A stretch of DNA of 62,992 bases, the filler included, from Octopus bimaculoides (taxonomy: Eukaryota): the NCBI RefSeq assembly GCF_001194135.2. It is 7 parts of 7 records of this genome, joined end to end, with 100 filler letters (N's around TTAATTAATTAA, not from the genome) between each part and the next. Parts side by side here need not be neighbours in the genome. Positions count along the whole stretch, not along the records: positions 36,207 to 46,274 come from NC_068990.1; positions 46,375 to 53,423 come from NC_068989.1; positions 53,524 to 57,965 come from NC_069006.1; 4 more parts are not named here. One strand, given 5' to 3'. The notes beneath the pieces were generated by a model. It searched no databases. It was not told the DNA's origin and saw only the letters and a list, made by a program, of their open reading frames with translations. Made by a program: the position numbers and the translations under genes. Positions 41,215 through 54,471 of the stretch are shown in pieces (position 1 is the stretch's first letter; every line of letters begins with the position of its first letter).

Positions 41215-42708
41215 AGTTCCTTTCATATGATTCACTTGAAGATCTTGACACGTCGCACGATGAACCCCTTCATTCTCCTATCGACGAAGAGTAAGTAGTT
41301 GATTCTAAGAAAAATGAGCCACGTTTGTTTAATGAAGATACGAACGACTTAGTAAGAGACCTAGCATTGTCAAAGGAGAAGGCTGAAGTTTGGGGATCCA
41401 GACTACAGCAACGAAATCTCCTACAGCAAGGTACGAAAATTTCCATTTGCTGTTCTCGCCATAAAGGCTTATCTGTCTCTTTCAAGCAAGAAAATAATGC
41501 TTGTTTCTGAACTGACGTTAATGCACTCATACAAAAACTAGGACACGTGCATGTGGCTAACGAATGGAGATTGTTTATAGACTCGAGTAAGGTTAGCCTC
41601 AAAGCTGTGTTGTTCTTGTTTGTGAGTCATGTTGTCGGTATGGAAGAAACTTATGAATCGATGGAACTCATTCTGAAAGTTCATTACTCAGTTCATAGGT
41701 AGAATATTTATAGTGATTTAAAGGTGATTTTCCTCCTCCTAGGACTTAGCTGGAATATACCAAAAGTTTGTGCTTTGTGTGTGTTTGGAACAGCCGCGAC
41801 GATAGCAATCATTACACTATAAAAAATATGCCTAAAAGAAATGAGCGCATAGTTGGTCTGTACAATGTGCAGCATATGCCACTGGTAGATCCGCAAAAGA
41901 TCTTCCTTCACCCCTTCACATCAAACTCGGCCTCATGAAAAACTTTGTAAAAGCAATGACACACGATGGTTGTGGCTTCCAGTACCTAAAAGTAAAATTT
42001 GGCGGAGAGAAAGGTGACGCGAAATTGAAAGCAGGCATTTTCATTGGATCCGAGATAAGAGAATTGATGTCTGATAGCAAATTCAGAGGTAAACTGAAGC
42101 CAGTTGAGCTGACGGCATGGGATTCATTCGTGTTAGTTGTACAGAACTTTCTTGGAAATCATAGAGCTGAAAACTATGCTGATTTAATAAATATGCTAAC
42201 ATCGTATGAAAGAACGGGATGCATTTCTTGCATTCTCACCTCGATTCTTTTCCAACGAATCTCGGTGCCGTTAGTGATGAGCATGGTGAACGGTTCCACC
42301 AGGACATAACTGAGAGGGAAACGAGGTATCAAGGCCGGTTCAATCCATGCATGATAGGTAACTACTGCTGGTTCCTACAACGGGAGACCAGCACGACACA
42401 TAAGAGCAAGAGAAAGTGTCTCAAACATTTCTGAGCTGAGCATATAAAAAATAAAATGAGTATTCTCTTAATATAAATATACAATGTACCATTATATTAT
42501 AATACTATTTGTCTTGAACATAAATATATTATATACAGTACTAATATAGTATTATAATAATTATTTACCTTGAACTTAACTATTCCTGATACTAATATAT
42601 AATTATGCGCATAACTAAAACTCCTGACGTGCTACAGCAATTCTGAGTTCAGATTTGGAATCAGCTTGTCTGGGTAGCAGACAAAAAATATATTTTTGCT
42701 GCCCAATC
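41215..42708 (+). mobile_element. Chapaev3-type (CMC) DNA transposon remnant, 5'-truncated, transposase pseudogene
   Basis: Fragments NDLVRDLALSKEKAEVWGSRLQQ, HIKLGLMKNFVKAM, AWDSFVLVVQNFLGNHRAENY, HFLHSHLDSFPTNLGAVSDEHGERFHQDI..ETRYQG..YCW are characteristic of Chapaev3 transposases. Frameshifts and stops present; putative right end TTTTTGCTGCCCA near 42693-42705. Confidence 0.85.
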
Positions 42709-43544
42709 AAATTTGAGTATATATGTAATATATACATGTGTGTGTGTGTGTGTGTGTGTGCGTGTGCGTGTGTGTGTGTGTGCGTGCGTGTGTGTGTGTG
42801 CGTGCGTGTGTGTGCGTGCGTGTGTGTAAAGAGACAAAAACATAATGCAGTAAGATTAAACCACATATAGTATTTCGGCCTAATACATACTCATATACAC
42901 ACATATAACGATATGCAGTCAGTTGATGTTAGATGACTATGTATGTATATGTGTGTGTGTATTTATAATTACGCCTGCATATATGTATTCGTGCGTTTAT
43001 TGTATTTGAATTCATGAATATATTTGTGCTTCAAAGAAAGAAATTTGTCACTCTCTTACTAAAAGCTGTTGTCAAAAAGTTCTTTGGTTTAAGAATTCTC
43101 TATGAGGTTGTATTGATGTCAAGTATTTTAATGTGATATGTACCGAAAAAATGTTCCTCTTATTTATTTATTTTTAATCATGTATATTCTTTTGTTTGTG
43201 TGCCTAATTGGGTTTATGTTTACCTTTTTGTCAGTTTTCTTTCTTACATCATTCATTATTAGTTAAAAAATATTCAGCCTTTGTGATGAAAATGCATACA
43301 TTAAATTTACAAGAGGAAAGTTTTTCCATTGCGTTATATAAGAAATATTTTGTTTCTATAAAAGTATGCATTGGGAAATATTTTACATATATTTTCAAAA
43401 CATGTTGAAAATATTGGAAAAGTTTTATAAAATTCTACCAAATATTGATAGGATGAGGAATAGCACAGACATGTTTTGTTTTCTTAAATTTATTATTTAT
43501 CTACCTCTGTGTATTAACAATCAATAAATATTATAACCATCAGC

Positions 43545-43850
43545 AACTCATCGATACTGGAACTGTAGTTGTTGAGGGATTTCAGTGCTGTTATATAAGC
43601 ATCACTTAATTCAGCTGCTGTGGTTGAGATTTTAGAAGTTTTCAGGATGAATTGATGTCTTTGTGAAATTTATGTGAAGTTAGTGAGTTCTAGTCCTAGA
43701 GATAATAGTTTAGTAGAATGTTTTAGAGGAGAATATACGAGTTGAATGTAAAATGGTGAGAAAATCAGTGAGATAGGTTGTTCACGATAAGGTTTTAGTG
43801 GCGGCATGAGACAACGTGATTTTAGAGGAGAGTATAGGAGTTGAATTAAT
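43545..43850 (-). mobile_element. Possible decayed L2/CR1 endonuclease-RT linker fragment
   Basis: SHKFHKDINFILKTSKISTTAAELSDAYITALKSL resembles the F..DL...Y...L..L linker; many stops. Confidence 0.4.
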
Positions 43851-45688
43851 GCAACTGGCAGGATTCACAAGGCGACTGTCTACAAGCTGTTTTAATATGT
43901 TAATCTTGTTTCAGTGACACTTCTATCCGGGACAATCAAATGGGACCATCAGACAGTTCGAAGAATTGGAAATCCGGGACTATCCGGGACCATCAAACAG
44001 TTGGCATTAACTGAACAAGTTTATGAGACTTTTACAGTTCCTTCGCCCATTTGTTACTCTCACCCAATCTAAGATGCCATTTCAAGAATCCATAAGTATA
44101 AACGAAAAGCACGTTCCAAAGAATGCTTCCAAGCACATATTTATTTCTGGCCACTTCGGGCCAATCACCTGGTTGTTAATTGGCTCCTTTTCTAAAGATG
44201 GTGCTACCCTGCTCGAGCCAGATCAGTAGAAATATGTGTACAACTCCGAATTGTCGAGAAGAAAAGCAAGTGAATGTCTGTTGAAATTCTGGTCTCGTCG
44301 GTGGTTACTGCAAATGTATCTTTTGTAGTGAAGTTATTAAGCAACTGATCTTGTTTCTCAGCCGACTCCAGGTACATGGGCGCAACCACAGCTACAGGTA
44401 CTCTCTACGGCCATGTTTGGAAGTTAGAAAAAAGAAGCTTACTTTAGATGTGAGGAAAGACTAGAGAAGTGTAGTCCTTTAAAACTCTTTTCAAAAATTC
44501 CCATCTTATCATTTCTAGAAAATTCTTACGTCATATGTAAAACGTCTGCCTTTGTACTATGGAGACATCTCTAGACCACTTTGGTATTATGTCTCTATGT
44601 TGTTTTAAGTAACCCTATTTTCTTTGCTGTTTTTCCTTTTTTTACCGTACAACTGTAAAATTGAGACGGAATGGTTGTTGTGGATTTTGGCTTTTAGTAT
44701 TACTGCTCTTGTAGTTGTTATCGTTGTTGCTTTTTGTTGTGGTTCTGATGAATGTTTCTCATCTTGTTATTGTTTCTGTTGTCTGTTTAACTGCTTCTTT
44801 GTAGTTGTGTTCATAATTTTTTTTTGTTACTGGCTTTATTTTGTGGGTGTTGGTTTATATTTCATCGTTCTTTATGTTGTTAATGTAGTGGTAGTGATGG
44901 TGAGATGGCTGGTTAACCGGTTCTTAGATACCTCGCAAACATTTCGGCCTTCAAGATTGAGACATTTTGGTCGGGATTCTGTTCAGGCTTCTTCGTTCCG
45001 GTCATATTCGTTGGCTTTTCTTCCTCGTCATTTTAGAAATTGTTCGAGACATCGAAGCTGGAGACAGAAGTTGGAGTTGAAGAAGAACAGCAGGACGTCT
45101 GCGCATGTATTTTTATAATTTGTATATTTTTGTTGTTCGTGTGTTTTTCGTTCGTATTGTTTGTCTTCCTTACTCTCCATTATCAAGTAAACCTTTATCC
45201 CACACTTGAAGAAAATTAAGTCAGAGATCCTGATTAGATCTACAAATGTCAGTGACCTTACCTCGTATATTATTCTCCGAAAATTTTACCCTGGAGTTGA
45301 ATCTGGTGCTGGCCACCATCATACGCAGTCCCAAAGTCTTTTCTAAATGTCAAATCTAGGGATACGTTTGACAAAACGATTCCTCCCTTCTTGAAATAAA
45401 GATGAATAATAATTGACAACCGCTCTAAGACTATAATTAGTCCTGCTTCTGTGAATATTACACCATCAGAAGTATCAATATGGGAAAAAATCACAATTTC
45501 AAAAGAGCATATATATTACATGGTTCTCTTATGAAGTTGTGGATATCTTATAATTTATAAAATAACTACGGAATGACAACAAGTCTTACTAGTTATAATG
45601 AGTTATTTTATTGACTACGAAGTGTTAAGACATGAGGGTGAGGGTAACCAGAAATACAAAGTACAAAGGAAAAATACAAAACAAGAGC

Positions 45689-45731
<43 letters not shown>

Positions 45732-45740
45732 CGCGCGTGC

Positions 45741-45809
<69 letters not shown>

Positions 45810-46913
45810 AGTGTGTGTGGATTACATGAAATAAAAGAGTGAGACCAACATCACTAATAATAAAGGTAAATAAGTATATATTAATGAAAAATAATAATGA
45901 TTTCTAACAGAAGCAAAAAGTCGTTCATCTTTGATAAGGTCAATCGTGAATCATATCAACATAGTATTTGACTGCTACTTATTCCATCGGCCCATGAACT
46001 ATGAAAGACACTGTCGAACATAGTTGGATTTGAAACTAAGACATGTGAGGTATTTTACCATATTAAAGATAAATTTTGATGTTGATGGTAGTAATAATAG
46101 CAATGAGTATAATGGTGGCAGTGTTATTTTAAATCACAATTAACAGAATTATATGCTGTATTAAGGGAAATCATTTCGAGCTTAATGCTCAATGAAACCT
46201 TGTCAGATATTTGGCGAGAGAGAACGGTATAATTAACGTAGGAGGTGGATGGGGGATGAGGAGGAGGAGGAGGGNNNNNNNNNNNNNNNNNNNNNNNNNN
46301 NNNNNNNNNNNNNNNNNNTTAATTAATTAANNNNNNNNNNNNNNNNNNNNNNNNNNNNNNNNNNNNNNNNNNNNAACAGCCCGATATGGAAGATCAAACG
46401 ATTGTCAGGATGGAAAAAAAAAAACTGGTTTCATAAACTTATAATACATACCCGTCCTATGGTGGCGGGGGTCGAGAGCTGCCGGTGGTGTGCATTTTGT
46501 AGAAACACGGAGGTTTCTGTGAGCCGAAGTGTTTTCGTGCTCAGAACTTATCGTAGCAGTCCCATGTGAAGATCTCCACCTGTTGCAGCCCACCGTTAAC
46601 TACCTTAACTTACCTACAACATACACGTCTACTTCAATTAGCGCCACCACCAACACCACTACTACCGCGGCCGCCGCCGCCACCACCGCCGCTGCCAACA
46701 CCATCGTCTTTCTGTCAAAGTATTTATCTACTTACTTTCCTACTTACCTTTCAATTTACCTATACACCATGCAGATACACCCTCTCCCTTACACGCTATC
46801 TATCTACTATCTCTTTGTCTTTTTTGCATATGTCTCCATGTATCTTGTCTCCTCCCTACCACTCTCACTCTTTCTCTCTCTCTCTCTCTCTCTCTCTTCC
46901 TTTCTCTCACTTC

Positions 46914-46948
<35 letters not shown>

Positions 46949-47048
46949 CCTCTCTTTCGTGCATCTTCACTCTTTTTTCCCGCTCCTACTCTTTTAAATT
47001 ATTCTTTTACATGTTCCAGTCTGTAAACTTTGAGTATATTGTACACAC

Positions 47049-47087
<39 letters not shown>

Positions 47088-47547
47088 TCACACACATACA
47101 TACATGTGTGTATATGTGTGTGTATGTATGTGGGTGTGTGTAGTAAAACTTAACAAGTACATGGATTTCGGCTGACGGCTGATGGCTGAATTACTAACGC
47201 GGCGGACAAAATGTTTAGCGGTATTTCTTCCAGTTCTTTAGGTTCTGAGTTCAAATTCCGCCGAGGTAAAAATTGCCTTTCACCTCTTCGGGGGNNNNNN
47301 NNNNNNNNNNNNNNNNNNNNNNNNNNNNNNNNNNNNNNNNNNNNNNNNGGGGGGGGGGGTCGATAAAATAGCGGACCAACCAAGTGCCGGAGCTGATGTA
47401 ACCGACTTGCCAACTCCCCTCGAAATTACTGGTGTTCAACCCCGCAACGGACCAATGGACCTGTTCAGGGCGACTGTTGTAAACTCGGCGATGAAAGCCG
47501 GGAAACCGGGGTTATGAGTTCTAGGGCCCGAGGAAAAGGAGTTACTA

Positions 47548-47795
47548 TTGGGTTGGTGCATAATTATTGCGGCTTTTTTTTCAACAAATTTTATTCAACA
47601 AAAAACAATAACATGTACTAAAAACATCTTTAAATGATTATTCCGGAACATATTCACCATCTACTTCAGTTACTGCTTCCCATATGCTTGGCAGGCGGTC
47701 AGACCGTCATTTAAAGACCTTTTTTGCTAAATATTATTGTTTTTGTTGAATAAAATTTGTTGAAAAAAAGCCGCAATAATTATGCACCAACCCAA
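47548..47795. mobile_element. Mariner-type MITE (MADE-like) with TA target duplication
   Basis: TA|TTGGGTTGGTGCATAATTATTGCGGC ... GCCGCAATAATTATGCACCAACCCAA|TA; near-perfect TIRs of about 60-70 bp. Confidence 0.9.
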
Positions 47796-48143
47796 TAGAA
47801 GCCGAAACGTCCTTAAGGAGTTGCAGGTAGCCAAAAGATATCAAGAAGTCGATGTGTTGTCTCGAGGTTAGAGGCTTCCTTTTCGTGGGTGAGGGAGAAT
47901 GTGTCTGGGGAACACTTAGAGGTTTGGGGCTCTTTTTCTTCCTCAATTTGTTTCGGAATTATGTTGAATATAGCAGGGCTAATTCGGGTTAAAATTAAAC
48001 AAATAAATAAACATTAAAAATGAAAACGAAGCCATAACTGTGTGATTAAGAATCTTGTTTTGCAACCACGTAGTCTCAGGTTCAGTCCCACAGCGTGTAG
48101 TCTCGCTTCTACTATAGTCCCGCGCCGCTTATATAACTTGTGA

Positions 48144-48183
<40 letters not shown>

Positions 48184-48242
48184 TTATATATATTCGGTGC
48201 GAATGGTTTTGTTAATACTGCATGTTGTATCATACTTGTTCC

Positions 48243-48274
<32 letters not shown>

Positions 48275-48731
48275 NNNNNNNNNNNNNNNNNNNNNNNNNN
48301 NNNNNNNNNNNNNNNNNNNNNNNNNNNNNNNNNNNNNNNNNNNNNNNNNNNNNNNNNNNNNNNNNNNNNNNNNNNNNNNNNNNNNNNNNNNNNNNNNNNN
48401 NNNNNNNNNNNNNNNNNNNNNNNNNNNNNNNNNNNNNNNNNNNNNNNNNNNNNNNNNNNNNNNNNNNNNNNNNNNNNNNNNNNNNNNNNNNNNNNNNNNN
48501 NNNNNNNNNNNNNNNNNNNNNNNNNNNNNNNNNNNNNNNNNNNNNNNNNNNNNNNNNNNNNNNNNNNNNNNNNNNNNNNNNNNNNNNNNNNNNNNNNNNN
48601 NNNNNNNNNNNNNNNNNNNNNNNNNNNNNNNNNNNNNNNNNNNNNNNNNNNNNNNNNNNNNNNNNNNNNNNNNNNNNNNNNNNNNNNNNNNNNNNNNNNN
48701 NNNNNNNNNNNNNNNNNNNNNNNNNNNNNNN

Positions 48732-48990
48732 TTAGAGCAACGGACTCGCGGTCGAGGGATCGTAGGTTCGAATCTCAGACCGGATGATGTGTGTATTTAT
48801 GAGCAAAACACCTAAGATCCACGCGGTTCCTTTGCTTTCCTCTTGGGTAACATCAGTGGCGTGGAGAGGGGAGAGGCTGGTATGCATGGCTGACTGCTGG
48901 TCTTCCATAAACAACCTTGCCCGGACTTGTGCCTCGGAGGCTAACTTTCTAGGTGCAATCTAATGGTCACTCCTGATCGAAAGAGGTCTT
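48732..48990 (+). mobile_element. SINE with a family-C-like head and a different body/tail
   Basis: First ~100 nt match the family C head; the remainder (AACAACCTTGCCCGGACTTGTGCCTCGGAGG...GGTGCAATC) does not. Confidence 0.65.
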
Positions 48991-48998
48991 TACTCTTT

Positions 48999-49036
<38 letters not shown>

Positions 49037-49287
49037 TACATGCACTCCACGACATAATCATATACATGCACCCAGACATCAAAGGTATTCTTCCTGTTTG
49101 AAGTAATTTAACATTTTACACATCTTAATGATTCTTTTTCCACCAAGAAACACGACAGTTAAATGACTATCAGTAAAATATCTGTAGTTTTGCTTTGGCA
49201 GAGAAGCTGAGAGCAGTGAAAATCTTTATATTTACAGTGCTAGGGGAATGACTTTCACTTTTCCTGGGGTGGATTTTGTGTAATATA

Positions 49288-49440
49288 CAGGGTAATTCAA
49301 ACATAAAGAGCAGATTTAAAATTTATTTTTAAAACAAACGGTAAGAGTCACAAACACATTCTTGATAGGAGAAGGTTTAAAGTTTATAACTGAACATGAT
49401 CAATTGAATTAAGCCTTAGATAAAATAATATTTTAATTTA
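49288..49440 (+). mobile_element. One-ended mariner-like fragment
   Basis: TA|CAGGGTAATTCAAA start resembles mariner TIRs; no partner TIR seen. Confidence 0.3.
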
Positions 49441-49605
49441 CCCCCTCCCCCAAAATTACTGGCCTTGTGCCAAAATTTGAAATCAGTGTTAACTCATTAT
49501 TTTACAGGAGGTTCAGTTATGAAAAAAGAAAACGTGCAATACTCATTTATTTTAAACAAAAAAAATTAAAAGCTACCTCATTTTTGATATTTTCAGTGTT
49601 ATAAT

Positions 49606-49690
49606 AATACATTTATCATAACTATGAATACATTTATCATAACTATAAATATATTTATCATAACTATAAAAATACTTTTATCGTAACTTT
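49606..49690. repeat. 21-bp tandem minisatellite, about 4 units
   Basis: Unit AATACATTTATCATAACTAT(G/A). Confidence 0.85.
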
Positions 49691-50179
49691 TCATTTTTTT
49701 TATTCATTTTTTTTTTTTTATATAAAAATGGATGAGCATTGTACGTGTTGTCTGTTTTCATAACTGCATATACCTACTTTTGCACTGCCTGGTGTAGAAA
49801 TAGCTCTTACTATTTGCTCATCATTTTCACTATTTAGTTGTTATTTGCTGTTTAGCCATTATGTTTGATCGAGTGGAAGAAAAAAATAACTGTTCCGTAA
49901 TTTTATGAAGTACTTACGAATATAGGCCACAAACTATATTGGGCCTGTCATTTATGACATCGATTTTTCTTTTTTGTTTGTTTGTTTGTTTGTTTGCGTT
50001 TTTTTTTGTTTTTGTTTTTTTGTGTTTTTTTGCAATACCAGTATTCCACCGCTATTTCGAAACCTGTGTTCGACTCTAGTACATACATAAATACATACAT
50101 ACATAAATACATACATACATACATACATACATGCATACACCGTAAAAATCTGTAAATCTGCACATATACATACGTACAT

Positions 50180-50512
50180 TGCCCAGCGGATGTTAACATA
50201 AAGCTGAAGGTCAGTGAAATAGTGAACACCTATGCTGAACTATTGAGAAATCTGCAGTTACTCTATCCAGATTACAAGTTCAGGTTTATACCTGTAATTA
50301 TTGGGGAACTGAGATATGTAACACACTGCCTAAATACCAATCATGAGAAATTAGGCTTCTCAAAACCAGAAAGGAGAAAGCTGATTCGAAGACTACAGAT
50401 CTAATCCATCACTGGAACTGTAAAAATCTGTAAAACTTTCCAGAAGTTTACCATTTAAGTATATATGAACATGTCTAGATATGCATGAGAACACATACAA
50501 ATCTGCACATAC
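50180..50512 (+). mobile_element. Family D R4/Dong-like copy
   Basis: PADVNIKLKVSE..NTYAELLRNLQLLYPDYKFRFIPVIIGELRYVTHCL..EKLGFSKPERRKLIRRLQI; (CATA)n on both sides. Confidence 0.8.
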
Positions 50513-50579
50513 GTACATACATACATACATACATATTATATCATATTATATTAGTTCTTTCGTGGTTGCCGACGATAAC

Positions 50580-50905
50580 CGAGGGCATCACATGGAGAAG
50601 ATGGGTCACGGTGTGTCCAAACTGTGGCCAATCAGTCCAATGCATGCTCGGAAGGCATCAGTGGTCAGCAGGGACTGAAGGTAAGGAGTTGGCACTGGAC
50701 TTGCACGGTTTGCGTTTTCTTTGTGCCACTACAATCCCGCTCTGTTCGTAGGAAGTGGCACCTCTTGTGGCGCAGCTTCGCTCGGCAGGGTGGTCTTGCG
50801 CTTGGCCTCCTGGGCGTTAGGAATGATCTCGAAGCTCCCTAGTGAGGATTTGAGTGTTTCCTTGAAGCGTTTTTTTTTTCTATCCTCTTTGCATGCGCTT
50901 GCCTT
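50580..50905 (-). mobile_element. RTE-clade LINE 3' fragment
   Basis: GKRMQRG*KKKRFKETLKSSLGSFEI ... FRACIGLIGHSLDT resembles the GKR.QGGQKKRFKDTLK ... RIGLISHxRTH end of RTE ORFs. Confidence 0.7.
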
Positions 50906-51135
50906 CCACCAGTTCGTAAATACCTTAATAGAATGCAAACATGATGGACCAGACATGGTGATTTGGGAACAGAGAAGAGAAGAGAAACTTCTCTGAAGAG
51001 AATTAGTTACCTTTTGCGGGTGTCAACATAAAGCTAAAGATCAGTGAAAAAAAAAACACCTGCACTAAACTATTGAGAAATTTACAGCTACTCCACTCGG
51101 ATTACCCATTCAGATTCGTACCAGTACCAATTTTG
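50905..51135 (+). mobile_element. Family D R4/Dong-like copy, more 5' part including the RLE PD motif
   Basis: Frameshifted CKHDGPDMVIWEQR..E.S.P..GVNIKLKISEKK.T..LLRNLQLL..DY.FRFVPV; overlaps the copy at 50180. Confidence 0.65.
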
Positions 51136-52285
51136 AATAGTTTCATGTGTAACAGGCTGAAACCGTAGTGATAATTGGAATCTTGACTGATGAATAGAGA
51201 GCCACGAATGTTCCGTCCTGGTTTTCCTGTCCGTCCTTGTATCGTCCTATGCAGACAGGCAGACATAGACAGACAGACAGACAGACAAACATAAACAGGC
51301 ATAGGTAGACAATCAGACAGACATAGACAGACAAGCAGACAGACAAGCAGACAGACAGACAAGCAGACAGACAGACAAGCAGACAGACAGACAAGTAGAC
51401 AGACAGGCAAATAGACAGATAGACTGACAATCAGAAATAAAGAATGAGAGAAATGGCACCGGTACATTTCAGAAAGAATATACGTTAACTAAAAATTAAA
51501 AATCTAAAAATGCGCAGCAAATAATTTGGCGTCGAGAACATATATCAGACCTACCCTGGTTTTGTTACACCCCTGGTGTTTTTATCTTCTACGAAAAATA
51601 ATTCTATAGTACGTGTGAAGGAATATATTGGTATTGCTGTTTTTATTATGTATGCATGCAGCTCGTGAGTCTCAAAAACCTAATCAGGTCAGGAGGACAC
51701 TCAATGAAGATAATGTCTTCATACCGAATTCAAGAAGATACTCGCCTCTCTCTCCCACTCATTTACATCTACCAGAAGTGGGACTAGCTAGCTTTTTAAT
51801 CGGTCATAAACTACTTATAGACAATTACACCACTTATAGAAGCCCTGTGCAATACCTGAAGTGTGGAGTAAGATATCAAGGAAAGAGTGTATATGACATA
51901 CACAAACCTATAACTTAATTATACACACATACACACTTATATACATGTATGCGTGAGTGCATGCATGTATGTATGTGTGTATGGATTGATGGATACGGTG
52001 TCGTATGCATATGTTTAATAAGTATATATTTAATGTCGGTACAGAATTATGCCTCGTGGTTTAACCAAGTGGCCCAATTCCTTTTAATGGCAGTTTAAAA
52101 TGTTTGGGTCGACTAGTTTCGTCTTTCTTAAAACTCATCAGAGATTGCTTACGTTTGCCTTTCAAATCAGCGAAAGATAGCAGCGTGGAGTTGTTTATTC
52201 AACGTGTAAATAAGATTGTGTGCGGCGCAGTTCATTTACATAGCAAGACAAACAACAAAAATTATTTAAATTACTCACACAAACA

Positions 52286-52336
<51 letters not shown>

Positions 52337-52344
52337 ACACACAT

Positions 52345-52383
<39 letters not shown>

Positions 52384-52462
52384 ATTTAAATTACACACAG
52401 CCACATACACACACACACACACACTCACAAACACTCACACATACATTCAACATACATACATA

Positions 52463-52473
52463 AAGTAGGTAGG

Positions 52474-52560
<87 letters not shown>

Positions 52561-52592
52561 GCAGGCAGATAGATAGATAGATAGATAGATAC

Positions 52593-52646
<54 letters not shown>
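52463..52646. repeat. (TAGA)n/(CAGA)n microsatellite
   Basis: Direct reading. Dozens of further (TA)n, (CA)n, (CATA)n and (GA)n tracts occur across the window and flank most N-gaps. Confidence 0.95.
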
Positions 52647-52647
<1 letters not shown>

Positions 52648-53330
52648 CTGACACACAGATATTTAGTTCGTAATGTCTTTGTCAATGAGATTATATACGC
52701 GTAAATTACACATAAAGTAATAAAGTAAAACAACACAATATTTTAGATAACATACAATATTGATGCCCCACCTTACAGCATTTTGTTACTTAGAGTTTTG
52801 TGTCCTTATTCTTGATCACTCTCCAGTTGGTTACGGTTAATAGTTTAGCTCCTACCCCACAGCCACAGTGGCGTCATGTTTGTTAATTCCCAGTTTAGTT
52901 TGCATGTGGCATGATGATCTACGGGTTTCTTGTTCAAGTCAAATACACTTTGAATTTCTTTTAAATTCTCTCTTCCCCGACAAACGTACATCTGACAACT
53001 TGGAGGTATTCTGCACCCCCAAGAAACTTTATGTGATGTGGAGGCGAGTCAACTCCAACTAAATGTACGGATGCATTTTTATCTACCTCCTACTCTATGA
53101 AACTGCCTCAATCTCTCACTCTCTCTTTACATAAATATAACTCTTCGAAACGCTTAGTTTTAGAATGGTGGCAGCTGATGAAGGAAATGTTCTCTATGTG
53201 GCCTGTGTGTTTATCATTTTGTCCACGTTATTTTACAACGTCCTGTACCCAGATATGCATCTATATATACATGTAGATGTAGGTATGTACATACATGTAC
53301 GTATATATGCATATACTCATTTATTATTTG

Positions 53331-53365
<35 letters not shown>

Positions 53366-53523
53366 CAATGTTAATTCTCTAAATGAAGTATTAACAGTAA
53401 CTGCACGATAAAGTGTATATATANNNNNNNNNNNNNNNNNNNNNNNNNNNNNNNNNNNNNNNNNNNNTTAATTAATTAANNNNNNNNNNNNNNNNNNNNN
53501 NNNNNNNNNNNNNNNNNNNNNNN

Positions 53524-53570
<47 letters not shown>

Positions 53571-54471
53571 CACCCATACATACAAATATATATACTTACA
53601 CACACACACACTACAATAATTTATGCAAGTATTGGTAGAAGTATACCGAACCTAATATTTCTCAGGAAATAAAATAAATAAATATGATTTTGAATTTATT
53701 GCCAATCGATTGAAAACAGCCAGACCAGATACGTTATATGTCTATATATATTATTTCTAGACAAAATACACCTTTGCGGGTGGCTTTCGTACATACTACA
53801 AACAACATTTGGGTAGTTATAGCTTAGCTATGAACTGGTGCAATTATGACACCATAAATCAGTACACAAACTAATAATTGCCGTTCACTATCAAAATAAA
53901 TTCTCTTTGGCGTATATTAAATCCTACAATTATACATACATATACATATATATACATATACATATATATACATATGTACACACACACATATATATATATT
54001 TATACATGCACACACATAATGTGTCTAGAAATATATAAATGTTTGCTTTTATATGTCGTTATATAAAAATCAAACATCAATTGGAGGGTCACTCAACTTA
54101 AGTAGAGTATTACATTTATTTCACGAAGTAAAGGCTGATAGTGACTTTGAAGTTTCACATTACATATAAAGACAAGTACTTAAATGGAGGGATCACTCAA
54201 CATTTTACCATACTTTTTTATTTGTTTCAATCATCAGACTGCAGCAATGGGGTTTAGGAGGTCAAATCGACCACAAGACTTATTTTCTTTCAGTCTGGTA
54301 CATCGAAAATTCCTTTCAATTGCTGACCCACTTAATTGGCAAGACATAAACAAACCAACAGCAGTTATCAAGTGATGGATGTACAAACACAAAGGCAGGC
54401 ACATAAACACATACACACATAGGAAATACAGGATAGGAAATACAGCATTAAGATGCAATATATATGATATG

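Noticed and set aside
43920-44005. Repeated ATCCGGGAC motifs resembling hAT subterminal repeats
   Set aside because: No partner terminus or target-site duplication found.
44900-45010. Minus-strand GAAGA...GGCCGAAAUG hammerhead-like fragment
   Set aside because: CU of the core is missing; no cleavage triplet or helix I.
44624-45118. 164-aa hydrophobic ORF
   Set aside because: Arises from TTG/TGT-rich low-complexity sequence in a probable repeat; no domain recognised.
47520-47825. Possible hammerhead (CCGAGGA...GCCGAAACGUC) reconstructed after removing the mariner MITE
   Set aside because: Core deviates from CUGANGA, helix II does not pair and the helix I register is off.
52905-52998. ATGATGA...CTGA spaced like a C/D snoRNA
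   Set aside because: No terminal stem, no clear D' box and no recognised rRNA complementarity.
53140-53195. GAAAC upstream of CUGAUGA (permuted hammerhead?) in the repeat shared with 57015
   Set aside because: Helix III and helix I cannot be formed convincingly.
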